Below, in pieces: positions 20,599 to 32,600 of a stretch of 64,000 nt of DNA. The position numbers were made by a program, and so were the translations under genes. Source of the stretch: Chitinophaga pinensis (GTDB lineage Bacteria > Bacteroidota > Bacteroidia > NS11-12g > UBA955); NCBI GenBank assembly GCA_945871905.1, contig CAMBXL010000002.1, positions 134,936 through 198,935 of the forward strand, given 5' to 3'. Position 1 is the first letter of the stretch; every line of letters begins with the position of its first letter. Under the pieces are notes generated by a model. That model worked only from the letters and a program-made list of their open reading frames with translations. It searched no databases and had not been told where the DNA came from.

Positions 20599-21246
20599 TT
20601 ATTGTTTGATAGACGAAATGGTGACACTTGGATTTTCGGAGTTAAAAACGGTATTACCTGCAACCAAAACTGTGGCACCTACGGCTATCAATTGTTTGTA
20701 ATTTTGCAAAGTTACACCACCATCAATTTCTATTTCAAAATTTAGGTTATGTTGACGTTTCATATTATTTAATTTCTCAATTTTACGGTAAGTATTTTGA
20801 ATAAAAGACTGCCCACCAAAACCGGGATTTACACTCATTAAACACACCAAATCAATATCCCCTAGTACATCTTCCAATTGTTGAATACTGGTGTGTGGAT
20901 TGATAGCCACACCCGCTTTCATTCCTGCTTGTTTAATTGCTTGAATGCTTCTGTGCAGATGAGGACATGCTTCGATATGAACAGACAATAAATGGGTGCC
21001 ATAGTCAGCAAATCGGGTAATATAACGGTCAGGCTCCACTATCATTAAATGCACATCTAATGGTTTTTTAGCATGTTTTTGAAGCGAAGCCATAACAGGA
21101 AAACCAAATGAAATATTGGGCACAAACACACCATCCATAATATCCACATGAAACCAGTCGGCTTCACTTTGGTTTATCATTTCAATATCTCTTTGAAGAT
21201 TGGCAAAGTCGGCAGATAATATACTTGGCGCTATTTTGTGAGTCAT
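20599..21246 (-). CDS. rpe: Ribulose-phosphate 3-epimerase
   Basis: IAPSILSADF, HVDIMDGVFVPN, DVHLMI, MSVNPGFGGQ, IDGG. Confidence 0.97.
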   Translation of the reverse strand: MTHKIAPSILSADFANLQRDIEMINQSEADWFHVDIMDGVFVPNISFGFPVMASLQKHAKKPLDVHLMIVEPDRYITRFADYGTHLLSVHIEACPHLHRSIQAIKQAGMKAGVAINPHTSIQQLEDVLGDIDLVCLMSVNPGFGGQSFIQNTYRKIEKLNNMKRQHNLNFEIEIDGGVTLQNYKQLIAVGATVLVAGNTVFNSENPSVTISSIKQ

Positions 21247-21408
21247 GCTGCGAATTTAATAGTAATTTTATGAATCCCAAAACAATCGGCTTAGATTACC
21301 CTGTTCCCATAATGAAATCAAAATTTAGACTATTCAATAACAAGGTAAATCAAAACAAAGTTTAAATTGTTATTATTCGAACTTATATTTGCAACTATGT
21401 ATCAAAAC

Positions 21409-23100
21409 ATGCGTTATTTAACTTTATTATTAACATCCATTTGCTCTACTGCTTTATTCTCTCAGTCGAAGGAAACAGTAGTTGCTCAAATAAAATCGGA
21501 TATTACCTACTTGGCATCCGACCAACTTGAAGGTAGATTGACCGGCTCAAGCGGAGAATTGAAATCCTCTTTATTTATTGCTGACGAATTCAAAAAAAAC
21601 AAACTTGTACCTAAAGGGGATTCAGCTTTGTTCTTTCAAAATTTCTCTATCATTCAATTGAGATTAAACACCAATACTATCGCTATGACGATCAGAGACA
21701 AAAAGGAATTGATTCTTGGATTACGTCCACAAACAGGTGATTTTTACCCTTTGTCATACAGTTGCAATGCTGATAGTTTGTTCGACCACCCTGTGGTACA
21801 AGCAGGATATGGAATTGTGGCGCCTCAGTTAAAACACAACGATTACTTGGACAGTAACAACATGAAGGGTAAGGTATTTATTATAAAATTGGGCAGTCCT
21901 AAATCAGGTCAAGCACACTCAGAATATAGTCCTTACGAAAGTTTGTCTTACAAAGTAAATACTGCCATTAAGTATGGTGCAAGAGCTGTAATATTTGTTC
22001 AAGCTGATACTCTATCCAAAAAACCTACCGGATTACTTGACAGAAATATTAAGCCCGGACCAATTCCTGTGTTATTTGCAGACAAATTCACCCATCTCTT
22101 TTTAGATGGAAAATCGGTTAGTTTCCATGTTAAAATAGCTCAACTTAATGCCACTGCGCACAATGTTGTAGGATTTATGAATAATAAAAAAGCTAAAACC
22201 ATTGTTATTGGCGCTCATCAAGACCATTTAGGTTACAATGAATATGGCGGAAGTAGAGACCCACAAAGTGGAGAAATTCACAATGGTGCTGATGACAATG
22301 CAAGCGGTGTAGCTATGATGTTGCAGTTGATGCGCAAAATCAAAAAAACAAAAAAACTGAAAAAATTCAACTACTTATTTATTGCTTTTAGTGGTGAGGA
22401 GCAAGGATTATTGGGTTCGAATCACTTTGTAAATAAACCAACTATAGAACTTAAAGACATTCATTGTATGTTAAACTTTGACATGGTGGGCCGATTAGAT
22501 TCTAACAAAAAAACATTGATGATTTACGGTATTGGAACTGCCCCTGAGTTGAACAATGCTATTAGCAGCATCAAAACAGATACGACTCAAATAAAAATCA
22601 AAACCTCTGAATCGGGAACAGGAAGTTCAGACCACACCAGTTTTTATTACAAAAACATCCCTGTATTGCATTACTTTACTGGTCAGCACCACGACTATCA
22701 TAAGCCAAGTGATGACGAACATTTAATTAACTACGATGGCCTATTTATGGTGTACGACATCACTTTAAATACATTGTTAAACATCAGAAAATATAAACAA
22801 CTTACCTTTACCCCAACTAAAGCCGAAGAAAGCAAACGCATGTCATTCAAGGTAAAACTGGGCATTATGCCAGATTATGCTTTTGATGGATTGGGGGTAA
22901 AAGCAGATGGTGTAAACATGGGAGGTGTTGCACAAATTGCTGGCATGAAAGCCAATGATATAATTATCAAACTTGGGGACTATGAAATTAATTCGATGGG
23001 AGATTATATGAATGCCTTAGCATCATTCGACAAGGGTGATAAAGTAACAGCTACTGTAAAAAGAGGAACAGAAACTATTCAACTAAACATTCAATTTTAA
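21409..23100 (+). CDS. M28-family peptidase with PA and C-terminal PDZ domains
   Basis: GAHQDHLG, NGADDNASG, FSGEEQGLLGS, SDH, YHKPSD; LGIMPDY PDZ motif. Start moved to ATG 21409 (or 21397), downstream of a TATATTTG box. Confidence 0.9.
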   Translation: MRYLTLLLTSICSTALFSQSKETVVAQIKSDITYLASDQLEGRLTGSSGELKSSLFIADEFKKNKLVPKGDSALFFQNFSIIQLRLNTNTIAMTIRDKKELILGLRPQTGDFYPLSYSCNADSLFDHPVVQAGYGIVAPQLKHNDYLDSNNMKGKVFIIKLGSPKSGQAHSEYSPYESLSYKVNTAIKYGARAVIFVQADTLSKKPTGLLDRNIKPGPIPVLFADKFTHLFLDGKSVSFHVKIAQLNATAHNVVGFMNNKKAKTIVIGAHQDHLGYNEYGGSRDPQSGEIHNGADDNASGVAMMLQLMRKIKKTKKLKKFNYLFIAFSGEEQGLLGSNHFVNKPTIELKDIHCMLNFDMVGRLDSNKKTLMIYGIGTAPELNNAISSIKTDTTQIKIKTSESGTGSSDHTSFYYKNIPVLHYFTGQHHDYHKPSDDEHLINYDGLFMVYDITLNTLLNIRKYKQLTFTPTKAEESKRMSFKVKLGIMPDYAFDGLGVKADGVNMGGVAQIAGMKANDIIIKLGDYEINSMGDYMNALASFDKGDKVTATVKRGTETIQLNIQF

Positions 23101-23101
23101 A

Positions 23102-24055
23102 ATGAAAATTATTGACCACATTAAACAGGCCGAAAAGACCTTATTTTCGTTTGAAATTCTTCCTCCTTTAAAAGGGGACAGCATAGACAGTATCTACAAG
23201 GGAATAGATCCATTAATGGAATTTAAACCATCATTTATTGATGTTACCTACCACCGCGAAGATTATGTTGAAAAAAAGAGACCAGATGGTTCATTTACCA
23301 AAGTTTCTACCAAAAAAAGACCGGGAACAGTTGCCATTTGTGCTGCGGTAATGCATAAGTATAAAATAGACACTGTACCACATATTATTTGTGGTGGTTT
23401 TACCAAAGAGGATACCGAAAATGCACTGATTGATTTGAACTTTTTAGGAATTGACAATGTGTTGGCTTTGAGAGGCGACAATGCCAAAAATGAAAATGTA
23501 TTCAGTCCAGAAACTGCAGGAAATTCAAATTCGCTCGACTTGATTCATCAAATCAAAAACATGAATAACGGCATTTATATCGACGAGGAATTAACCAATG
23601 CCAATGTCACTAATTTTTGTATAGGTGCTGCAGGTTATCCTGAAAAACACCACGATGCTCCTAACATGAAAACAGATTTAAAATTCTTGAAAAGGAAAAT
23701 TGAAACTGGTGCAGAATTTATTGTTACTCAAATGTTTTTTGACAACCAAAAATATTTTGATTTTGTTAAAAAATGTAGAGAAAACGACATCCATGTCCCT
23801 ATCATCCCAGGTATAAAACCACTAACGACCAAAAACCAATTGCAATTGCTCCCTAAATTGTTCCATATCGACTTGCCTGATGCTTTAACTGATGAAGTAG
23901 AACAAGCCAAAAACAATGAAGATGTAAAAAAAATAGGCATAGAATGGTGTATTCAACAATGCAAAGAATTAATAGATGCCAAAGTCCCTGTATTACATTT
24001 TTATACCATGGGAAAAAGCGATGCTACGAAACTGATTTGTTCTAAAATATTTTAA
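23102..24055 (+). CDS. metF: Methylenetetrahydrofolate reductase
   Basis: FSFEILPP, LALRGD, AGYPEKH, TQMFFD, LHFYTM. Confidence 0.95.
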   Translation: MKIIDHIKQAEKTLFSFEILPPLKGDSIDSIYKGIDPLMEFKPSFIDVTYHREDYVEKKRPDGSFTKVSTKKRPGTVAICAAVMHKYKIDTVPHIICGGFTKEDTENALIDLNFLGIDNVLALRGDNAKNENVFSPETAGNSNSLDLIHQIKNMNNGIYIDEELTNANVTNFCIGAAGYPEKHHDAPNMKTDLKFLKRKIETGAEFIVTQMFFDNQKYFDFVKKCRENDIHVPIIPGIKPLTTKNQLQLLPKLFHIDLPDALTDEVEQAKNNEDVKKIGIEWCIQQCKELIDAKVPVLHFYTMGKSDATKLICSKIF

Positions 24056-24062
24056 AATTACT

Positions 24063-24995
24063 TTGAAAGGACTGGTAATAAAATCGACTGGTAGTTGGTA
24101 TAATCTTAAAACCGAAGACAATACATTTTTAAAAGCAAGAATAAAAGGCAAAATAAGATTAAAAGATTTAAAAGTCACTAATCCTGTTGCAGTTGGCGAT
24201 ACCATTGAGTACGAATTGGAAAGCGGAGGTGATGAAACCTATGGCGTCATTACGGATGTACACAAGCGCCACAACTACATGATAAGAAAAAGTAATAAAC
24301 TGAGTAAGCAAGGTCAGATTATTGCCTCAAACATAGACATGGTGTTATTGATAGTCACTATCAGTCAACCTAAAACATCACTAGGATTTATTGATCGTTT
24401 TTTGGTTATGGCAGGTGCGTTTCATATTCCCGTTGTGTTGGTTTTCAATAAATACGATTTATATACCGATGAGGAAATAGCCTATTATCATTTTCTGAAA
24501 AACCTATATGAAACAATAGGATATCGCTGTGTGGCTTGTTCATCACATATGGATTCCCTAAAACCCCAGCATGTATTACTCGATATTATTAAAGACAAAA
24601 CCGTATTACTAAGTGGTCATTCGGGTGTTGGCAAATCGACCATATTGAATCAATTAATTCCGGAGGCCTTTCAAAAAACCGACATTATCAGTGTGATGCA
24701 CTCTCGCGGGAAACACACTACCACTTTTGCAGAACTATTTTTTGTAAACGACAATACTGCTATCATCGACACACCGGGAGTCAGAGATTTTGGGATTATA
24801 GACATAGAAAAACCCGAAATTGGGCATTATTTTCCTGAAATTCGAGAATACATGAAAAAGTGCAAATTCCATAATTGCATTCATTTAAACGAGCCAGAAT
24901 GTGCCGTAATTAAAGCAGTAGAAGAAAAACAAATATCCGCTAGCAGGTATTACAATTACCTGAGTATCTTAGAAAATAACGATGTTTTTAATTGA
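24063..24995 (+). CDS. rsgA: Ribosome small subunit-dependent GTPase A
   Basis: Circularly permuted GTPase (NKYD, GHSGVGKS, GKHTTT, DTPG) and CKFHNCIHLNEPEC zinc site. Confidence 0.96.
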   Translation: MKGLVIKSTGSWYNLKTEDNTFLKARIKGKIRLKDLKVTNPVAVGDTIEYELESGGDETYGVITDVHKRHNYMIRKSNKLSKQGQIIASNIDMVLLIVTISQPKTSLGFIDRFLVMAGAFHIPVVLVFNKYDLYTDEEIAYYHFLKNLYETIGYRCVACSSHMDSLKPQHVLLDIIKDKTVLLSGHSGVGKSTILNQLIPEAFQKTDIISVMHSRGKHTTTFAELFFVNDNTAIIDTPGVRDFGIIDIEKPEIGHYFPEIREYMKKCKFHNCIHLNEPECAVIKAVEEKQISASRYYNYLSILENNDVFN

Positions 24996-25016
24996 AGTTA
25001 TTTAAGTCCGCTAGTA

Positions 25017-25148
25017 CTAAAAACCGCAGTTGCAGTTCTTCTTTTGCTTACCGCTACCCATTCCTTTACTTCCACCACAGGACTGCATTCCTATCATAAT
25101 AACAAATGCTAGAAGTAATAATCCGATAGTCTTTTGATGATTTCGCAT
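25017..25148 (-). CDS. Small lipoprotein, 43 aa (not in the ORF track)
   Basis: MRNHQKTIGLLLLAFVIMIGMQS|CGGSKGMGSGKQKKNCNCGF*: basic N-terminus, hydrophobic core, lipobox Cys24; TATTTTCG -7-like box at 25159-25166. Confidence 0.72.
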   Translation of the reverse strand: MRNHQKTIGLLLLAFVIMIGMQSCGGSKGMGSGKQKKNCNCGF

Positions 25149-25200
25149 AATTAGTCAACGAAAATAAGTATAATTTGTTATACTTCATTATTTTTGCAAC

Positions 25201-25875
25201 ATGGAAATAATTAAAAGCGGTTTGGATATTTTGCTACACCTCAATCAATATTTAGAATTGTGGGTTTCGGAATATGGCACATGGATTTATGGTATTTTAT
25301 TTTTGATAATCTTTGTTGAAACTGGTTTTGTTATCATGCCACTTTTACCTGGCGATTCTCTTCTATTTGCGGCAGGTGCATTGGCGGCTTCTCAAGGAGG
25401 AATCAATATTGCCATTCTCATTCCACTTCTTATTTTAGCGGCATTACTTGGCGATAACACCAACTATTTTGTTGGAAAATACTTCGGAAACTTAATTAAA
25501 AGCAAACAAAAAATACTCTTTCTCAAACGTTCACACATTGAAAAAACAGAAGCTTATTATGCTAAATACGGTGGCAAAACTGTTATAATTGCCCGTTTTG
25601 TGCCTATTGTTAGAACTGTTGCCCCTTTTGTAGCTGGTGCAGGTTCTATGACCTACAAAAAATATATTGTTAATTGTATTTTAGGCGCAATTCTATGGGT
25701 AGGTGGTGTTACAGTATTGGGTTATTTAGCAGGAAATATCCCATTTGTTAAAACCAATTTTGAAATTGTCATTTTTGGGATTATAGGCATTTCAGTTCTT
25801 CCTATTATCATAGAAGTTTTTAGAGCTAAAATGAAGCAAAGAAACAAAAATTCGGAAATTATAGATTCTAAATAA
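25201..25875 (+). CDS. DedA/VTT-domain membrane protein
   Basis: FVETG...LPGDSLLFAAG, GDNTNY, ARFVPIVRT. Confidence 0.93.
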   Translation: MEIIKSGLDILLHLNQYLELWVSEYGTWIYGILFLIIFVETGFVIMPLLPGDSLLFAAGALAASQGGINIAILIPLLILAALLGDNTNYFVGKYFGNLIKSKQKILFLKRSHIEKTEAYYAKYGGKTVIIARFVPIVRTVAPFVAGAGSMTYKKYIVNCILGAILWVGGVTVLGYLAGNIPFVKTNFEIVIFGIIGISVLPIIIEVFRAKMKQRNKNSEIIDSK

Positions 25876-26615
25876 TGCCTAGTATTGGACTTATCGGCTA
25901 TCCTTTAGAGCATTCTTTTTCACCGCAATATTTTGCTAAAAAATTTGAATCTCTTCAGCTTAACGATTGGCAATACAAATTATTTCCTATTGCTTCTATC
26001 CATACACTGCCTGACATCATTAGGGAAAATCCAGATTTAATAGGCCTAAATGTAACCATTCCTCACAAGCAATCAGTTATTCAATACTGTCAACAAATTG
26101 ACGAAGAGGCCCTACAAATAGGTGCTGTAAATGGCTTAATCATCCAAAGAAACCATAAAGACAACTTCCATCTTAAAGGCATTAATACAGACTGGATGGG
26201 CTTTTACCTAAGTTTAAAAAATGCACTTTCCTTCACTCCACATAGAGCCTTGATTTGTGGCAATGGTGGTGCTTCTTTGGCGGTTCAATTTGCCTTAAAA
26301 AAACTGAATATTCCTTTTCAAATTGTTAGTAGAAACGGGGCATTTACCTATCAAGATCTAAGTGAAGAACTGTTTCAATCGTTCCAACTAGTTATCAACA
26401 CAACACCTGTAGGCACACTGAATAACAGTGAAAGGATACTCCCTTTGCACTATGAAGCTATAAATGCTGATATGTTTTTTTTCGACCTTGTTTACAATCC
26501 TGAAATTACACCTACTATGGAATTATTCATGACACATGGGGCAAGTGCAAAAAACGGTTTAGAAATGTTGCATCTTCAAGCCGACTTGTTTTGGCAATCG
26601 CTCAACTCAAAATAA
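25875..26615 (+). CDS. aroE: Shikimate dehydrogenase
   Basis: GYPLEHSFSP, GLNVTIPHK, NTD, GNGGA, NTTPVG, DLVYNP, GLEMLHLQA. Confidence 0.93.
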   Translation: MPSIGLIGYPLEHSFSPQYFAKKFESLQLNDWQYKLFPIASIHTLPDIIRENPDLIGLNVTIPHKQSVIQYCQQIDEEALQIGAVNGLIIQRNHKDNFHLKGINTDWMGFYLSLKNALSFTPHRALICGNGGASLAVQFALKKLNIPFQIVSRNGAFTYQDLSEELFQSFQLVINTTPVGTLNNSERILPLHYEAINADMFFFDLVYNPEITPTMELFMTHGASAKNGLEMLHLQADLFWQSLNSK

Positions 26616-26616
26616 A

Positions 26617-29600
26617 CTACCTCAGCAGTATAAAGCTTGATTTTAAATAGTGGTTTATTCCTCTAAAGTCCTTGACTTTGAATACTGCCAAGTAATATCC
26701 ATCTTGCACAAAGTCACCCTGAAATTTACCATCCCATCCTTTTCCTTCTGTGGTTTGATAGATAAGCTGCCCCCATCGGTTAAAAATACTCATTTCATAA
26801 TTTTTAATCCCCATTCCTACCGGTTCATAAACTTCATTAATGGCATCATCATTGGGTGAAAAAGCAGTTGGCGCATTAAACACAAACAGGTATTTAATTC
26901 TTAATTTTTGAACAAATGAATCGTTACAATTGAATTGAGTTCTAACATACTGTTTAATGTAATAAAGACCACTATCGGGATACAAATGCATTAAGTTTCT
27001 TAAACTTGACTTAGATCCATCACCTAAATCGTACCATAATGTATCGGCACCATTGCTTAAATCCGTAATCGAAATTTCAGGATCTAGAATAGTACCAACC
27101 CCTTTGTCTAGAGAAAACAAGGCACTTGGTTTAGGATAAACTTCTACTTGCTTGGTCGTATCATACAAACAATTGTAATCTGTTTTTATTTGATATTTGA
27201 CATTGTATTTCCCTGCTGAATTATACAAATGAATGGGCTGTTTAATTGAATAGTTTGTTCCGTCATCCATCTGCCACTTGTATTCTATTATTTTGGCGTA
27301 AGGAGTTAAACTACTGTCCTTAAATAGTATTGGATTTTCTATACATACATTTTGAGATTCGAAATTCACCACAACAGGCGGATAACTTGTTATAGTTTTG
27401 ATAACAGAATCGATGCAATTTTGATTGCTAATTGCGGTTAATTTAACACTAAAATCACCTGCTGCAGGGAAACGATGGTAAGGACTCGTGTTGGTATCTA
27501 TCATATAGTTTCCAAAGCGCCAAGTGTAACCTGTTATGTTTCCCCAATCTATGTTAGAGCGATTAGTAAAATTAAATTGATTGTCTACACAGCGGTTGGT
27601 ATCCGAGAAATCAACTTGAGGTAATGGATAAACATTGACATTTTTTTGGACTTGATAAGCGCAATTTTCAGCACTTGTAACCTTTAATAATACAGGTGTA
27701 TTTAGTATCCATTGCTTGTATTGGTATCTTGGATTTTGTACTTTAGCAGAATCACCACCGAAATACCATTGCCATTTCGCAATATTAGTATTTACATAAG
27801 TACTATTGTCTTGAATTCGCAAAGAATCGAGGTAACAATGGTCGAGCAATGTGAAGTTGGGAACTATTTTAGGATAAACAATATGTGGTTTTAAAATTGT
27901 ATCCTTACAGCCTCTTACTGAATTAACAATTAATTGAATATCAAAAGTATCACCTACACTGAAAAGGTGGGTAAAACTTCGGGTTGAATAAGTGCTTGCA
28001 TCTGGCAATAAGTAACTGTAGGTGAGAATAGAATCCTTAGTAATAGTAGACAAGTTTACTATTTTAGAGTTTATAAGTTCACAAACTGGATTAGCCTTAA
28101 AATCAGCAACAGGAAGAGGATAAACCCAAGCCGTTTTTTGGATAGAATCCATACAATTTTGGGTACTTTTTACCACCAATTTCACTGTAAATTGGGTATC
28201 TTTCGGGAATAAATACTTTAATTCATTAGTTTGAATCCACTCATTATTAATACTCCATCGGTAAGAAACAATACTGTCATTATTTATTTGTGACAATTGT
28301 AGCAATTGAGTACTGTCTCCAATACACACATTATTCATTGAAAAATCAGCAGTTGGGCGAGGGTGCACTATTACATTTCTGTAACTGGTGTCTTTACAAT
28401 TGAAATTACTATTTATTGCCAACCCAATCACAAAAGTATCAGCAGTATTATAATAATAGCGGTAAGAAGGTTTATTCAATACATTACCATCACCTGTTAT
28501 CCATTGAATAGTATTGATAGTACCTGATGCAATTTGGCTTAAATTATTGGCAGAAACTGAATCTGTAAAACACACATTGGAAAGCGAAAAACGACTAATT
28601 GGTTTAGGGAAAGCGCTTATAGTTTTGACAAGAGTATCCTTACATCCAAATGGAGATGAAACGAGTAATTTAACAGAGGCACTGGTTTGATTATTCAAAT
28701 CGAGCAACCATTGAGCCGCATTAATAGTATCTGAAGGTGCAGAAGTCCATCTGTTATAATTGATGACATCATTTGAAATAGTTGAAGAATCTATTAATAA
28801 TATAGGTTCTCCTTGACATTTTTGAACGTATGTAAATGCGGCAACAGGCAAAGATTTAACAGTTAATCTTACCGTATCAGACACTTTACATGATTTATTA
28901 TCAGTAACTGTTATTTTATAAGTTCTGCTTGTGTCATTAAATGCAATTACTTGATTATTGGCGTAGTTATTTAGCCCTATATTTGGTGTCCATAACAATG
29001 ATAAAGCTCCATTTCCTTGGAAAGCTTTTGCACTTAATCTCACTTTGTTATTTTGGCAAATTGAAGTGTCTCTTTGGTTCATGGTAACCTTAGGCAACGA
29101 ATAAACTACAGCAACCATGGTGTCTTTAGAACTACAAGTTCCTCTGTTAGTTGTTAGCACATAAGATATTTTTAATGAACCTGTGTCTTCATTTAGCGCA
29201 TTGAATTTTGTTTTTGATTTAGTTTCATTGCTGAGATACAAGTTAGGTGACCAAAAATACTTAAACCCTTTGGTTGAATCGATGCCTATTGTTGTATTTA
29301 ACTTACTGCACAATTGAATATCGGGACCAGCATTTCTTAAAATAGGAACGGGGAATTTGGCAAATGTAAAATTACACGAACATGAAGAGGAATCAACAAC
29401 TACGAATAAATTACATGATTGACCTGCTGCCACCCTTACAGATTGATTGATCAATGCAGATTGATTTCTATTTAAAGCTGACTTAAGGGTATCGGTATAA
29501 ACCACAAAATCGAATGGATCAACAGTTCCTGAGTTATTTTGGTCGTATATGTATTTAAACACAACAGAATTAGCATTAGAAATATTGTTTCCGACATTTC

Positions 29601-32600
29601 TAATATTGAATTGAAGATTTAAAAATTCCGAATCACTATTCACCGATTGAATTTTAGATTTTAAAGATTGAAGCATTAAAGAACCTTTGTAAACATTGGG
29701 CTTACTCAAATTATTACCCGTAATTACATTGATATTACAAAGTGAATTATCTGCCACACATTTAACTTCTTGCTTTACAGCAGCTTGACTGTATAAATCT
29801 TGCGAACCACAACTTAAATCTTTACTATTGGACATAAATCCAAAATTAAACTCCATACTATCTCCTGGCACAATTCCCGACTTTAAGCTCATTTCAACCT
29901 CGGTTGCACTATTGATATTTCTAAATTTAGTAAGCGATGGATTTGGGGCGTTATAAATAGACTGATAAAGAGAAGAATCATAAACCATTCCTTTTATTAA
30001 TATCGCTTGGTATTTATCTTCAATACCTGTTTTATCTGGACCTAAGTTGATTATTCTTACTCTTACTTTCGTACTTTTTTGACACGGTAAAATAGAATCA
30101 GTAAGTACTTTCACGAGAGTAAAGTAAGGTCTACTAACCCCTTTAATATTCAATGAATTACTAATACCAGGATAGGTAATAATTGGTTCACCACATTTAA
30201 TATTTCCTTTGGCGCTAGCACGAATATAATTTCCAGAAGAGTAGTCGCAATCGGTTTGTACTTTAAAGTAAATAATGATTTTATTGCGATTGGTATCTGA
30301 AACCCCTTTAAAGCCTTGACTCAATAAATTATTAATGGAACTCAGAGGCCATTCGTAAGTAGTTCCACTGACCAAAGTAGGATTTGAAATAGCTTGTTTA
30401 AAAGACTTATGAGGATATTTAATGTAACATGAACGGCTGACAATATTCATTCCTATGGGCAGTGTCACAATTGCTTTGGTATTATATGCTGTAGTAGAAC
30501 CAATATTTTCGAGCGTGTATTGATATGGGGTTTGACCACATAAATCAGCAGTCGTAATTGAATCAGTTATACCCACTTGAAATTGGGTGTTTTGAGGTTC
30601 AATATAAAGGGGAATACGGTCTTTTTGGCAATTAAAATTAGCAATATCAGTTGGGTAACCACCACAGTTCCATCCAGAATACAAAATCACACTATCCTTA
30701 TTACAAGTATTATAAGTGGCTCTAATTTTAAATCTACGGGTGTTATTAAACCCAATAGTTCCCAAACGAAATACTCCATTTTTCACAGGCATTAACGTAT
30801 CTCTAACTGCATCTTTTATTTGTATAATTTTTACAGGACCGGAATTATCTGGGGCAAACCAAGTATTTAAATTACTAAAAGATGTTGAGAGATTGGTATA
30901 ATTGACCTCCCATTCTGCGGTATCTTGTGCAGCATAAATGGTGGGAGAAAGTGGTTTAATAGAAACAACAGGACGGTTGTATTGAATGTAATCATCTTGA
31001 GCCGCACTTTTGATAGTATCAAAACCAACCCCGAAGGAGTTTAATTTTTCGAATATAAAGTCGTACTTAATAACCTGAGGGGCAGTAGATGGAATTTCAC
31101 AAGTAGGTTCAAGGTATGCAGCATAAACGCCATGGAAAGCATCATCGCTGTAATTGAATACTCCGCCTGAATCTTTAAAATGCTTAGTAACATCAAATAC
31201 CAAAGGATAGCTTTGTGCATTAATTGGCCTGATGGTATCTTTAATCTCAACAGCTGTTTTATTAGAACCAGCAGTTCGGTATTGATTCAAATACGATCTT
31301 CGGTATTTGTATCCTGGTGGCGTATAAAAACGAATAGCTTTTAGTCTCGAAAAACTTCTGTATTCGTAAGGGAAATAATTATTACCTCCATAGTTAGAAC
31401 AACAAGGACCTATTCCTATGTAATAATTATTAGAAACCCCTATTAAATTACAGTTATTGACATTAATATTATCTCTACCGTAATTTGTGTAATAGTATCC
31501 CGTTAATATTGTTTTACCAGAGAAGGTATCACATTGAAATTTATTAGAATTACTGGTTGGGTTGGCAACATTACTGAGGTAAAATAAGTTACTAAAATTC
31601 TGAATAATGGCATTTCCTCCTAAATTTTCTGTGACTTTGAATTTTATTTTAACGACCACACTGTCGTTGTTAACGTATCTAAAATTTTGTGGCAAACAAG
31701 AACCAAGAGAATCCATACTTAAATCAACTTTAAATGAAGCATTGACGCCAGAAATTGCTTTAACACTTGTATTTCTAAAACAATTCATACGGCTATTTCC
31801 ACCTCGATAAACAGTAATTTCGGCATTTAAAAAAGTTAAAAATCGACCATATCCAATATTAGATTCCGCAAAAAGGTGTCGCCAAGTTGCAATAGTAGAT
31901 GTTCTTTTAACAATACCTGTATAGGTGGCCATTACTGTATCTCCGAACAAGGTCCTCTCCTCTCTTATTTTTAGGGTATCCAAATTCCCAGAATTATCGG
32001 GTAAGCCATCGTTATTGTTGTCTGGTTTACCAAAATTGATTCTTTGAACAGAAAAATTCTTGAACATCATTCCGCCATTACAATTGGAATAACAGTGTAG
32101 TTTGAGTTGCGTTGACTGACAAATTAGATAAAACCATTCCCTTTTAGTACATGATTTATCGGGGCTGTACTTCATTTGTAGTTGAATAGTTTTATTGCCA
32201 TTGGCACCTGTTTGTGAACAATCCGCTTTGAGATAATAAACCAATTCTGCATTGACCAAACTGATTGGAATATTGTTAGGAAAGTAGGAACGTATTGTGT
32301 CACCTTTTTTAACAATACTGTCAGGATTCCATTGTGCTGTTAGTTCAGCATTGATAAAATATAAATCCTTTTTTTGTCTAGAATGACTGAGACCTGAGGG
32401 CAAAATTAAATCAACTATAAAAACCGCAGAGGATGTACTTCTTAATACGCTGGCAGAGGAAATTAAAGTTCTGAACTCACCAACTTGGTTGTTGATTAAA
32501 TCGGATGGGGCAAAAGTGGACGAAGCAAAATAATGCTGGTCATACCATCGACCCCAAGCTGCTGCTAGTTGTAAATTATTCTTGCATTGGTCTTGGTAGG

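Noticed and set aside
17445..21246. TonB receptor as a riboflavin importer because it lies next to ribE
   Set aside because: It resembles a broadly conserved Bacteroidota receptor, no FMN riboswitch is visible, and adjacency alone is weak evidence
21367..21408. Track's upstream TTG/GTG starts for the M28 peptidase, DUF1761, MMPL, thiL and recJ genes
   Set aside because: These extensions overlap or lie upstream of -7 promoter boxes; the downstream ATGs fit better
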